Shown one piece after another: positions 18,752 through 28,075 of a stretch of 54,709 bases of DNA. The notes beneath the pieces are model-generated. The model was not told where the DNA came from. It made no database searches and saw only the letters and a program-made list of their open reading frames with translations. Within the stretch, counting starts at the first letter, position 1; each line of letters begins with the position of its first letter. The stretch is from IMG/VR virus record IMGVR_UViG_3300021962_008580, positions 1 to 54,709 of that record. The stretch is one strand, 5' to 3'. A program made the position numbers and the translations under genes. Source of the stretch: a virus. Its lineage: Duplodnaviria; Caudoviricetes.

Positions 18752-21700
18752 TCATTTTTTACTCAAAGTTTCAAGTTGATTTTCAAGTTTCTCGATACGA
18801 TCTTGCTGAGCTTTGATTGCTTCAATAAGTAGAGGAACAAGCTTCTCGTAACGTACTGTCATGTACTTTTCATCGATTGGTGCTGGTGCAACAATTTCTG
18901 GAAGAATTGCGTTGACTTCTTGGGCAGATACACCGACCTCTCGTTTCTTTTTATATCCCAAGGAGACCGCGATGTCATTTGCTTCAAAATAAAACCCAGA
19001 CAGCGCTTTAACTTTCTCAATTGGATTTTCAATCGGACCAATCTTTGTCTTCAAACGTTCGTCGGAATAATAAGCGGTTATGTTGTCTGTGGCACGAATT
19101 TCGCCGGTGGTTCCGGATGGGGAAGTCCCAACGCCCAGCGAATTTGTTATACGTGATGATCCACTTACAACAAATGAACCTGTAATTATTGTGTCTCCAT
19201 TAACATCCAATAATGAATTTGGATCTAGTTTTCCCACACCTATTCTACCAGAAGTTTCAAACAAAACTGAACTGTTTATTACATTTGTGGCTGAAGAAAA
19301 CTTGGCTATATATCCAGAGGTTCCAGAGTTTGCAACGGATGTTCCAGAAGACCCGCTGGTTCCAGAAGAACCGTTTGTGCCCGCTCCTCCATTTACTCCA
19401 CTCGTCCCACTTGTTCCGGATGCTCCACTTGACCCGCTTGTGCCGGAAGATCCAGACGTACCGTTTGTTCCAGAAGATCCGCTACTTCCGGAAGTTCCAC
19501 TTGTTCCACTTAGACCAGAAGTTCCACTGGTTCCAGATGCTCCGCTTGATCCGGATGTACCGGACGAACCACTAGTACCGGAAGATCCGTTTGTTCCACT
19601 TGTGCCAGAGGTTCCACTGCTACCACTTGTTCCACTCGCTCCAGAAGAACCAGACGTTCCAGATGTACCACTGCTTCCGCTTGTGCCAGAAGTACCGCTT
19701 GATCCGCTTAATCCAGACGTACCGCTTGTTCCAGACGCTCCACTCGTGCCAGATGTGCCAGAGCTTCCAGATGTACCGCTTGTACCGGATGTTCCACTAG
19801 AACCACTTGTACCAGAAGAACCGGAAGTACCGGACGATCCGCTTGTTCCACTTACTCCAGATGTACCACTTGTACCAGATGCGCCGCTTGTTCCGGAGGT
19901 ACCACTGCTTCCACTGGTTCCACTGGTTCCGTTTGTGCCTGAGGTACCATTTGTTCCAGAAGTTCCATTGGTACCAGATGTACCATTTGTGCCGGACGTT
20001 CCATTGGTGCCCGAAGTTCCGTTTGTTCCACTGGACCCACTAGTTCCAGAAGACCCGCTTGTACCATTTGTTCCACTTGATCCGCTGGTGCCAGACGAGC
20101 CACTAGTACCATTAGTACCGCTTGTTCCGTTGGTGCCACTCGAACCATTTGTTCCAGAAGATCCGCTTGTTCCTGATGTTCCACTAGAACCGCTCGTTCC
20201 ATTTGTGCCGCTGGTACCGTTGGTTCCACTGGTTCCATTTGTTCCAGATGACCCGTTGGTGCCACTGGTGCCGTTGGTTCCTGACGTTCCATTGGTTCCA
20301 CTGGTTCCATTTGTTCCAGATGATCCGTTTGTACCGCTTGTGCCATTTGTTCCCGAAGTTCCGTTTGCTCCACTTGATCCAGACGTTCCTGAAGAACCGC
20401 TGGTTCCGTTGGTACCAGAAGACCCGCTTGTTCCAGAGGATCCGCTTGTACCACTTGTTCCGTTTGTTCCAGATGTTCCGCTGGTACCGGAGTTTCCAGA
20501 AGAGCCAGATGTACCACTGGTTCCAGAATTTCCAGAGGTACCCGATGTTCCATTTGTTCCCGAAGATCCAGATGTGCCACTTGACCCGTTAGACCCACTT
20601 GTTCCACTCGATCCGCTAGAACCATTGGTACCAGACGTTCCACTCGTACCACTATTGCCGCTTGTTCCCGATGTACCGCTTGAACCACTAGTTCCCGATG
20701 CTCCAGATGACCCGCTTGTGCCGCTTGTTCCAGAAGTTCCCGACGATCCGCTTGTACCGTTCGTACCAGAAGTTCCATTTGTTCCCGAAGTTCCATTTGT
20801 ACCGCTTGTTCCATTTGTCCCAGAAGTTCCATTTGTTCCAGATGTTCCACTGGTGCCGGAGTTTCCAGAAGAACCAGACGTTCCGCTAGAACCGCTGCTT
20901 CCCGAAGTTCCGCTGGTACCTCTGGTTCCAGATGTGCCGCTTGTACCAGATGTTCCACTTATTCCACTGGTGCCGCTCGTTCCACCGCCCAAAGAATTTA
21001 ATGCGTAGCTGGCCGTAATTGCATAAGACGCCGTACCAAATAAAGATCCAGTGATACCGGCTGATACTCCAAGAGAACCAGTTATCACAGCACTTCCGCT
21101 GACATCAAATACAGCGCTAGGATTTGTTTTTCTTATACCAATTCTACCTCCACCGGTTAAAACCATCATATCTTCGTAATCGGTTTCTCCCCCTCCACGA
21201 TTTACGTAGAATTTCAATTGACCACCCCAATCACCAGGATTCAATCCAGTACTGGTCGTATCATATAAACCAGAAATTCCGGCATATCTCCAATTTGGTG
21301 TAGCGGGAATTGCTACAGACAATGGATCATAACCACTGAATGTAATTTTTCCTCCTGTTCCATTGGCTGTGTTATAATTGTGAAGATTCAACATGTCAGC
21401 AACGGAATTGCTTGAAGTATACAAAGTTTCCATTACTCCAGGGCGTGTAATTGTGTCTCCAATCGTTATATATTTTCCATCATCAAATATGGCACTTCCA
21501 GCTATATTATTTGAACCAGAATTATAATATCCCACAGCCAAACTATTTTCTGCGACGTTGTTTGTAGCAATATTGTATCTGGAGCTAGATTCCATGTATA
21601 CATGTTTCGTTCCACCTCTAAACACATTATTTGATACTACGTTGGCAGATCCGGTATATCCTCCAATATAAATTGATTTTCCTGTTCCGGCATTAAACAA

Positions 21701-24700
21701 TGTGTTACTTGTTATCGTACTTTCATACATGTTCAAACCATTAATCAACGTTGCGGTTGTATCTGCTATAATAAGATTATTGCTAATATAACAAGATTCA
21801 ACGTTTTTTAGAACTATTGAATCCCCGCTGTTTCTAGCATCAATATGGCTGTTTAATATAGAAACAAGAGCAACACGCCCAGCAATATTTCTTCCAGCCC
21901 AGTCGGTTCCAGCAATTCCGGTAAATGCGGCGTTGCCATCGACATAGATCCCACACGTCACAGGAACAAACAATAACTGAGAAAAGGTCATTCCTTCCGT
22001 GTTCATTCCCGCCGCGGTATAATCTACGGTATTTATTTTTATACCCGTGTTCCAATGATTGAATTGACTTTGGTTTACAGAAGAATTTACGCAAAGTCTT
22101 TTAAATTCAAGTCCAGTACCAACCCAACCACTTCCAGTCGGGTTTCCATGAAAGAAACATCTATCTATTCTTGTATTCCAAGCCGATTCTACGGTTACAG
22201 CTTTTAACCAATAATTTGAATTATCAAATGATAAAACTTGAACACCCGATAAATCAACGGAAACATTTTCGTGTTGAGATGTACTAGTTGTTCCATATGT
22301 TATGTCAATTGCAGATCCCGAAATTGCCGTGGCCGCGTGAAATCCAAGATCTCTTATAGCCACTTGATAAACGGAATCGGACGTAGTACCATTATCCATA
22401 TTGAATTTTATGGCCGTGTCATTTCCCGTCTGTTTTATTATAGATACATTGGCACTATTTCCAAACAAAGCTATATCACAACTTGGATTACTTGTTAATT
22501 GTAATGCGCCCGTAATTACATATACTCCATCAGGAAAGTAAACCGATCCTGTTTTTACAGCCTGAGAAGCAGAAATTGCGGTCTGAATAGCCGTGGTGTC
22601 ATTTGTAACACCATTCCCCGTTGCCCCATAGTCTTTAACATTAAAATAGGAAGTATCTGCTGATTTTAATGCATATGAAGCTGTTCCAAATAAAGATCCT
22701 GTTATTCCGTTTAAAACATCCAAAGATCCAGATATTTTCACACTTCCCGTCATCATAAAACTGCCACTGATGTCAAGTGTGGCTTGTGGAGATGTTTTAT
22801 TTATTCCCACATATGTGCCAGCATCAAATATTATAGATTCTGTAGAAGTTTGATTTGCCGCATATTTTACAACATAGTTTAATGATCCTGATATAGCCAA
22901 GGAGGTGCCGCTTGTGCCAGAAGTTCCGCTTGCACCATTTGTTCCAGATGATCCATTTGTTCCACTTGTTCCATTAGTACCACTCGAACCATTTGTTCCC
23001 GAGGATCCACTTGTTCCAGATGAACCAGATGTACCATTAGCTCCACTACTTCCAGATGTACCAGAGCTCCCAGATGTACCGCTTGTGCCAGAAGAACCAC
23101 TTTGTCCAGAAGTTCCACTTGTTCCTGAAGAACCAGACGTACCGCTTGTACCAGATGTACCACTTTGTCCAGATGTACCGCTTGTTCCCGATCCTCCATT
23201 TACTCCACTTGATCCACTGGTTCCAGAAGAACCGCTTGTTCCAGATGTTCCACTCGAACCAGAAGAACCACTTGTGCCAGAACTTCCCGATAGTCCGCTG
23301 GTTCCAGAAGACCCGCTTGTTCCAGATGTTCCGCTAGACCCAGAAGTTCCATTGGTACCGCTGGTTCCACTCGTACCAGATGCACCACTCGTTCCACTTG
23401 AACCAGACGTTCCATTTACTCCGCTTGTACCGCTTGTACCGCTTAAACCGCTTGTTCCAGATGAACCGGATGTTCCACTTGTTCCAGAAGTGCCAGACAA
23501 TCCATCCGTTCCAGATGTGCCATTTGTACCGCTTGACCCAGATGTTCCGTTTGTTCCAGATGTTCCGTTTGTTCCCGATGTGCCATTTGTTCCAGAAGTT
23601 CCGTTAGTTCCTGATGTACCGTTTGTACCACTTGAGCCAGATGTTCCAGAAGATCCATTTGTTCCACTCGTTCCAGAAGTGCCGCTACTTCCAGAGGTTC
23701 CACTGAAGCCACTGGTTCCAGAAGATCCAGAAGTTCCACTAGAACCATTTGTTCCCGATGTTCCATCAGTTCCACTGCTACCAGAAGTGCCGTTAGAACC
23801 ATTAGATCCAGAAGTACCACTTGTTCCGCTAGAACCATTGGTACCAGACGTTCCACTCGTACCACTATTTCCGCTTGTTCCTGATGTTCCAGATGAACCG
23901 CTTGCGCCGCTTGTTCCACTTGTGCCAGAAGTTCCCGACGATCCGCTTGTACCGTTCGTACCAGAAGTTCCATTCGTTCCGCTGGTACCATTAGTTCCTG
24001 ACGTGCCATTTGTTCCTGAAGTACCATTTGTGCCACTGGTACCATTGGTTCCGGATGTTCCGTTTGTCCCAGATGTTCCATTCGTTCCGCTGGTACCGTT
24101 GGTTCCAGATGTTCCATTAGATCCGTCAATCCCAGAAGTTCCTGATGTTCCACTCGAACCATTACTACCACTTATTCCGCTTGTACCGTTTGTTCCCGAA
24201 GTTCCAGATGTTCCACTAGACCCGTTAATACCAGATGTACCACTTGTACCCGAAGTTCCGTTTGTACCAGAAGAACCAGAAGTTCCACTCGAACCATTTG
24301 TTCCACTGGCGCCGCTTGTTCCAGAAGTTCCGTCTACTCCTGATGTACCACTGGTTCCAGACGATCCAGAAGTACCAGAACTGCCACTTGTACCCGACGA
24401 ACCATTTGTTCCAGAACTACCACTGGTTCCTGAGGATCCGCTACTTCCATTTGTACCCGACGTTCCAGAAGTTCCGCTGGTTCCAGATGTAGACGTATAT
24501 GCCGCCGAGGCAACTCCTATATTTTTTACGTTTACTATAATTGAAGGAGCCGCGGGAGCATTATATGGATCCGGTGGATTTGTTCTGGCCGGAATTGCTG
24601 TTATTTGAGTATACTGTGTTGATGCCGCCATCATCAACTCAATATAATCACCTTGTAACGCATCTACGATGATGCTTACAAACGGAAGCTGCAATACAGA

Positions 24701-27700
24701 GTTCGATACCAGTTTAAAATATGAGTCGCTTCTTGGAATATCTGTTCCGTTCTTTCTTACCCACCAGTGAACAGTTGAGTCCGTTCCTTGAGTTTTTTCT
24801 ACTTGTGGAGAAAAAGAAAATTCGTATATTCCAGAATGCCCAAAAGTTATTTTTGAATTATCCACCACCGATATTCCATTTTCTATTTCAACGGCGTTAT
24901 AAGTAATGGACATAGTAACGTCTGCGCCAGGCACAACCTGATCTTGGTCGCTACTATATTGAGCATAGTAGTTTACCACTTCTACACCAGATGTACCGCT
25001 GGTTCCCGAAGTACCATTTATACCACTGGTTCCGCTAGTTCCGGAACTTCCATTTGTACCACTGGTTCCGTTTGTGCCTGATGCCCCCGACACTCCAGAT
25101 GAACCAGACGTTCCGCTACTTCCGCTTGTACCACTACTACCACTTGTGCCAGAACTTCCATTTGTACCACTGGTTCCGTTTGTACCAGAGATTCCACTAG
25201 ATCCAGATGAACCATTGGTTCCTGAAGTCCCACTTGTACCGCTTGTTCCACTTTCACCGCTTGTGCCAGAAGTTCCACTATTGCCTGAGCTTCCTGAAGT
25301 TCCGTTTGTTCCCGATGAACCAGAAGACCCACTGGTTCCAGAAGAGCCGTTTGTTCCACTACTGCCATTTGACCCAGAACTTCCACTTGTACCGTTTGCT
25401 CCGGACGTTCCAGATGAGCCTGAACTTCCATCTATTCCGCTTGTGCCTGAACTACCACTGGTGCCATCAATTCCACTGGTTCCTGATGATCCGTTTGTAC
25501 CACTCGAACCATTGGTACCAGAAGTTCCACTTGTTCCGGATGAGCCGGAGCTTCCACCAGTTCCGCTTGTGCCCGAACTGCCACTAGTACCTCCAGTACC
25601 ACTGGTTCCGCTGGTTCCGCTGGTTCCTGATGAACCGTTTGTGCCACTTGTGCCATTGGTACCGCTTGTTCCATTTGTCCCAGAACTTCCACTACTTCCA
25701 GACGATCCACTGGTACCACTACTTCCAGATGATCCGCTAGTTCCACTGGTACCAGATGAACCACTAGTTCCATGTGATCCAGAAGTTCCTGATGAACCAT
25801 TTGTTCCTGATGAACCACTAGTTCCAGATGTTCCTCTGGTGCCAGAAGTTCCCGAAGAACCGCTGGTTCCAGAGGTTCCTCCACCACCTCCGCCACTTGT
25901 TCCGGAGGTTCCAGAGGTTCCAGAAGATCCACCCGCTCCTCCGCCCCCTCCTGTTTGAATACTCAGTCCATCAACATCGACAAAAAATTTCTTGTTTAAT
26001 GGAAGATATGTGTGGTTGTATTTAAAATTGTATGAGTTTTCTCCGTAAGCCAAATTTCCATTTGAGTCATATAGTTCAACATCTATTTCAAATAACTCAT
26101 TTTTTACCGTGTTTGGAATAGGAACATTTGCTGAAAAAACGTCTGGAGAATATCCAACAGAATGATATGGTTTTATTGAAACTTGAGAAAGATTCCATCC
26201 ACCGGCAACAGGAACAATCTTTATTGTTCCAAATTGTGTATTTGGTACAAAGAAAGAGCTGGTATAAAGTTCATTAGCACCATAATTGTAAGAGTTATCA
26301 ATATAACCTATTTGTGTTATTTCTTCTCCGCTCAAGAAATAAACATACAATTGAGAAGAATCGGTATTTGCGGATTGCCCTCTCACCCTCATAGAAAACT
26401 GATACAAACTATTTTCTATTAGTTTTATCGGGTTACTATTATGTACACTACCAGCTAGCAAGTTTTCTTGAGAACTTCCATATGCTGAAAGTAATGAAGG
26501 AACATCGTATGAGGCCGTAGGATATGGAAGTTTACTGTTGAACGCCTCGGTATCTCCATACCAATACGAATTGGATAATAACGTTGGAGAAACATATGCG
26601 GAAGTTCTGGACGGTTCAGCTACATTATCCTTGAATATAACATAATCGGTTTTAGAAGTGTTGGAAGAGTGTGATATAGAAACCCCATCTATCAACACAT
26701 CGTTTGATTGATTGAAAGTAAATGATCCATTTTTTAACCAATACTGGTCGGTATACGCCTGAGAATAAAATTCGCCTGGTTTTCCATGAAACGCGTTATC
26801 AAAATCTGTGGTCTTGATGCACTCTTGAGGTTCTATTCTTCCTTCCACCAGTAATGTTTTACTTTGGGGAGTGTTTAAGCTTCTTCCATATATCTTGTAT
26901 GAAGAAACTTGACCGCAAAGAGCACGTAAATTTCTTACTTCTATATGAGCGTAAGCTTTTACCGCCGCGACACTGGCTGAAACATAAGATCTTGGTAAAG
27001 TAAACGGTATATCTTTGTATATTATCTCATAATTTCCAGAACTGATACTCAGAACATAAAAATTTTTCTTGAAATAACTATTTTGTTTATTTGGATCATT
27101 TTCCGAAACATAATTTCGAATGTTTGTGAGATCATTTTTTGCGTATTGAGAATTTTGATTTGTTCTACCAATCAAATCCGAAACCGTTGAAAATGGAATG
27201 GATATAAGTAATGCATTCTCACTAACTATACGTTTAATTTTGGCTATGAAATCTGTATCAAGAGGTCCGTTGTATTCTATTTCATTGTTTCCTTGATCCG
27301 AATACAAAAATTTTGTAACATTTATATCTTTTACTCGAATATTTTCTCCTTCCATCGCAGAAGAAAATGCGGTTCCACCTTGTCTGTAAATTTGATATAT
27401 TACTTCATCTCCTTGAGGATCGTAATCTCCGTTGCTGTTCTTTTTTGGAGTTACCGCGTTGGAATAAAAAGAACCTGAAGCAACAGAAAACGGTTGTGAT
27501 GGATATTCTGGAACTTTATGAAGAACGGGAGTAACGGTCAGTGTTGGGTAATCAAAAAATCTTACTTGAGATTTTGTTGAAAACTTGGTGTCAATTGCGA
27601 CGTTTCTTCTCCAGATAATAGTACCAGTTGGAAGAGGGGAGCTTGCTGGAGCTTGTAATAATGGTCCGTTCTGATTGTCGGAGACCTTGTATGGAACGTT

Positions 27701-28042
27701 TTGATAATATTCAAAACTTCCTGTATATGTTCCGAGATCAACTCCCTGTGCCGAAACCTCTATATACCCAAAACCAGGTTCAACATTTTCTGGAATTTTT
27801 GTATAATACGTGGTTCCAAGAGTTGTTGACTCTCCATATTTGGCATCCTTAGCTTTGGATGTCTGAGTAAAAAGTTCTACATTTTTTGATGTATAAACCT
27901 TTACCGAAATGCTTGAATTTGGCAGTATTCTTTTGGAAGGATTTACTACAAAAGAATTTTTGCCCGCACCAAAAACACCATCGAAATCTGTTATAAAAAA
28001 GAAGTCGTTGGATTGTGGATCTGTGTCTATAATATCTGCCAT
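18752..28042 (-). CDS. Giant tail fibre/spike with Gly-X-Y repeats, C1q/BclA-like domain, pectate-lyase-like beta-helix and C-terminal S74 intramolecular chaperone
   Basis: 3096 aa with three GTS/GSS/GTN blocks. FNVKDYGATGNGVTNDTTAIQTAI marks a beta-helix N-cap; YSDERLK...VRYEKLVPLLIEAIK marks the S74 domain. Confidence 0.85.
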   Translation of the reverse strand: MADIIDTDPQSNDFFFITDFDGVFGAGKNSFVVNPSKRILPNSSISVKVYTSKNVELFTQTSKAKDAKYGESTTLGTTYYTKIPENVEPGFGYIEVSAQGVDLGTYTGSFEYYQNVPYKVSDNQNGPLLQAPASSPLPTGTIIWRRNVAIDTKFSTKSQVRFFDYPTLTVTPVLHKVPEYPSQPFSVASGSFYSNAVTPKKNSNGDYDPQGDEVIYQIYRQGGTAFSSAMEGENIRVKDINVTKFLYSDQGNNEIEYNGPLDTDFIAKIKRIVSENALLISIPFSTVSDLIGRTNQNSQYAKNDLTNIRNYVSENDPNKQNSYFKKNFYVLSISSGNYEIIYKDIPFTLPRSYVSASVAAVKAYAHIEVRNLRALCGQVSSYKIYGRSLNTPQSKTLLVEGRIEPQECIKTTDFDNAFHGKPGEFYSQAYTDQYWLKNGSFTFNQSNDVLIDGVSISHSSNTSKTDYVIFKDNVAEPSRTSAYVSPTLLSNSYWYGDTEAFNSKLPYPTASYDVPSLLSAYGSSQENLLAGSVHNSNPIKLIENSLYQFSMRVRGQSANTDSSQLYVYFLSGEEITQIGYIDNSYNYGANELYTSSFFVPNTQFGTIKIVPVAGGWNLSQVSIKPYHSVGYSPDVFSANVPIPNTVKNELFEIDVELYDSNGNLAYGENSYNFKYNHTYLPLNKKFFVDVDGLSIQTGGGGGAGGSSGTSGTSGTSGGGGGGTSGTSGSSGTSGTRGTSGTSGSSGTNGSSGTSGSHGTSGSSGTSGTSGSSGSSGTSGSSGSSGSSGTNGTSGTNGTSGTNGSSGTSGTSGTSGTGGTSGSSGTSGTGGSSGSSGTSGTSGTNGSSGTNGSSGTSGIDGTSGSSGTSGIDGSSGSSGTSGANGTSGSSGSNGSSGTNGSSGTSGSSGSSGTNGTSGSSGNSGTSGTSGESGTSGTSGTSGTNGSSGSSGISGTNGTSGTNGSSGTSGSSGTSGSSGTSGSSGVSGASGTNGTSGTNGSSGTSGTSGINGTSGTSGTSGVEVVNYYAQYSSDQDQVVPGADVTMSITYNAVEIENGISVVDNSKITFGHSGIYEFSFSPQVEKTQGTDSTVHWWVRKNGTDIPRSDSYFKLVSNSVLQLPFVSIIVDALQGDYIELMMAASTQYTQITAIPARTNPPDPYNAPAAPSIIVNVKNIGVASAAYTSTSGTSGTSGTSGTNGSSGSSGTSGSSGTNGSSGTSGSSGTSGSSGTSGTSGVDGTSGTSGASGTNGSSGTSGSSGTNGTSGTSGTSGINGSSGTSGTSGTNGTSGISGSNGSSGTSGTSGIDGSNGTSGTNGTSGTNGTSGTNGTSGTNGTSGTNGTSGTNGTSGTNGTSGTNGTSGTNGTSGSSGTSGTSGTSGASGSSGTSGTSGNSGTSGTSGTNGSSGTSGTSGSNGSNGTSGSSGTDGTSGTNGSSGTSGSSGTSGFSGTSGSSGTSGTSGTNGSSGTSGSSGTNGTSGTNGTSGTNGTSGTNGTSGTNGTSGSSGTNGTSGTDGLSGTSGTSGTSGSSGTSGLSGTSGTSGVNGTSGSSGTSGASGTSGTSGTNGTSGSSGTSGTSGSSGTSGLSGSSGTSGSSGSSGTSGTSGSSGTSGSSGVNGGSGTSGTSGQSGTSGTSGTSGSSGTSGTSGQSGSSGTSGTSGSSGTSGSSGANGTSGSSGTSGSSGTNGSSGTNGTSGTNGSSGTNGASGTSGTSGTSLAISGSLNYVVKYAANQTSTESIIFDAGTYVGINKTSPQATLDISGSFMMTGSVKISGSLDVLNGITGSLFGTASYALKSADTSYFNVKDYGATGNGVTNDTTAIQTAISASQAVKTGSVYFPDGVYVITGALQLTSNPSCDIALFGNSANVSIIKQTGNDTAIKFNMDNGTTSDSVYQVAIRDLGFHAATAISGSAIDITYGTTSTSQHENVSVDLSGVQVLSFDNSNYWLKAVTVESAWNTRIDRCFFHGNPTGSGWVGTGLEFKRLCVNSSVNQSQFNHWNTGIKINTVDYTAAGMNTEGMTFSQLLFVPVTCGIYVDGNAAFTGIAGTDWAGRNIAGRVALVSILNSHIDARNSGDSIVLKNVESCYISNNLIIADTTATLINGLNMYESTITSNTLFNAGTGKSIYIGGYTGSANVVSNNVFRGGTKHVYMESSSRYNIATNNVAENSLAVGYYNSGSNNIAGSAIFDDGKYITIGDTITRPGVMETLYTSSNSVADMLNLHNYNTANGTGGKITFSGYDPLSVAIPATPNWRYAGISGLYDTTSTGLNPGDWGGQLKFYVNRGGGETDYEDMMVLTGGGRIGIRKTNPSAVFDVSGSAVITGSLGVSAGITGSLFGTASYAITASYALNSLGGGTSGTSGISGTSGTSGTSGTRGTSGTSGSSGSSGTSGSSGNSGTSGTSGTNGTSGTNGTSGTNGTSGTNGTSGTNGTSGSSGTSGTSGTSGSSGASGTSGSSGTSGTSGNSGTSGTSGTNGSSGSSGTSGSNGSSGTSGSSGTNGTSGTSGNSGTSGTSGSSGNSGTSGTSGTNGTSGTSGSSGTSGSSGTNGTSGSSGTSGSSGANGTSGTNGTSGTNGSSGTNGTSGTNGTSGTNGTSGTNGSSGTNGTSGTNGTSGTNGTSGSSGTSGTSGSSGTNGSSGTNGTSGTNGTSGSSGTSGSSGTNGTSGSSGTSGSSGTNGTSGTNGTSGTNGTSGTNGTSGTNGTSGTNGTSGTSGSSGTSGTSGASGTSGTSGVSGTSGSSGTSGSSGTSGSSGTSGTSGTSGSSGTSGTSGASGTSGTSGLSGSSGTSGTSGSSGTSGTSGSSGASGTSGSSGTSGTSGTNGSSGTSGSSGTSGSSGASGTSGTSGLSGTSGTSGSSGSSGTNGTSGSSGTSGSSGASGTSGTSGVNGGAGTNGSSGTSGSSGTSVANSGTSGYIAKFSSATNVINSSVLFETSGRIGVGKLDPNSLLDVNGDTIITGSFVVSGSSRITNSLGVGTSPSGTTGEIRATDNITAYYSDERLKTKIGPIENPIEKVKALSGFYFEANDIAVSLGYKKKREVGVSAQEVNAILPEIVAPAPIDEKYMTVRYEKLVPLLIEAIKAQQDRIEKLENQLETLSKK
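19310..20990 (-). repeat. Gly-(Thr/Ser)-(Ser/Asn) triplet block 3 of the fibre
   Basis: Degenerate 9-nt periodic coding repeat; boundaries approximate. Confidence 0.9.
22905..24490 (-). repeat. Gly-(Thr/Ser)-(Ser/Asn) triplet block 2 of the fibre
   Basis: Degenerate 9-nt periodic coding repeat; boundaries approximate. Confidence 0.9.
24985..25955 (-). repeat. Gly-(Thr/Ser)-(Ser/Asn) triplet block 1 of the fibre
   Basis: Degenerate 9-nt periodic coding repeat beginning with poly-Gly; boundaries approximate. Confidence 0.9.
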
Positions 28043-28075
28043 AGGTTATATATACGCCTATGGTATAAATATTTG

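Noticed and set aside
19080-25958. Long + strand ORFs (VPL/VPE/DPL repeats) and alternative-frame minus ORFs over the fibre repeats
   Set aside because: They are shadows of the Gly-X-Y codon pattern, which lacks stops in other frames, and they coincide with the repeat blocks.
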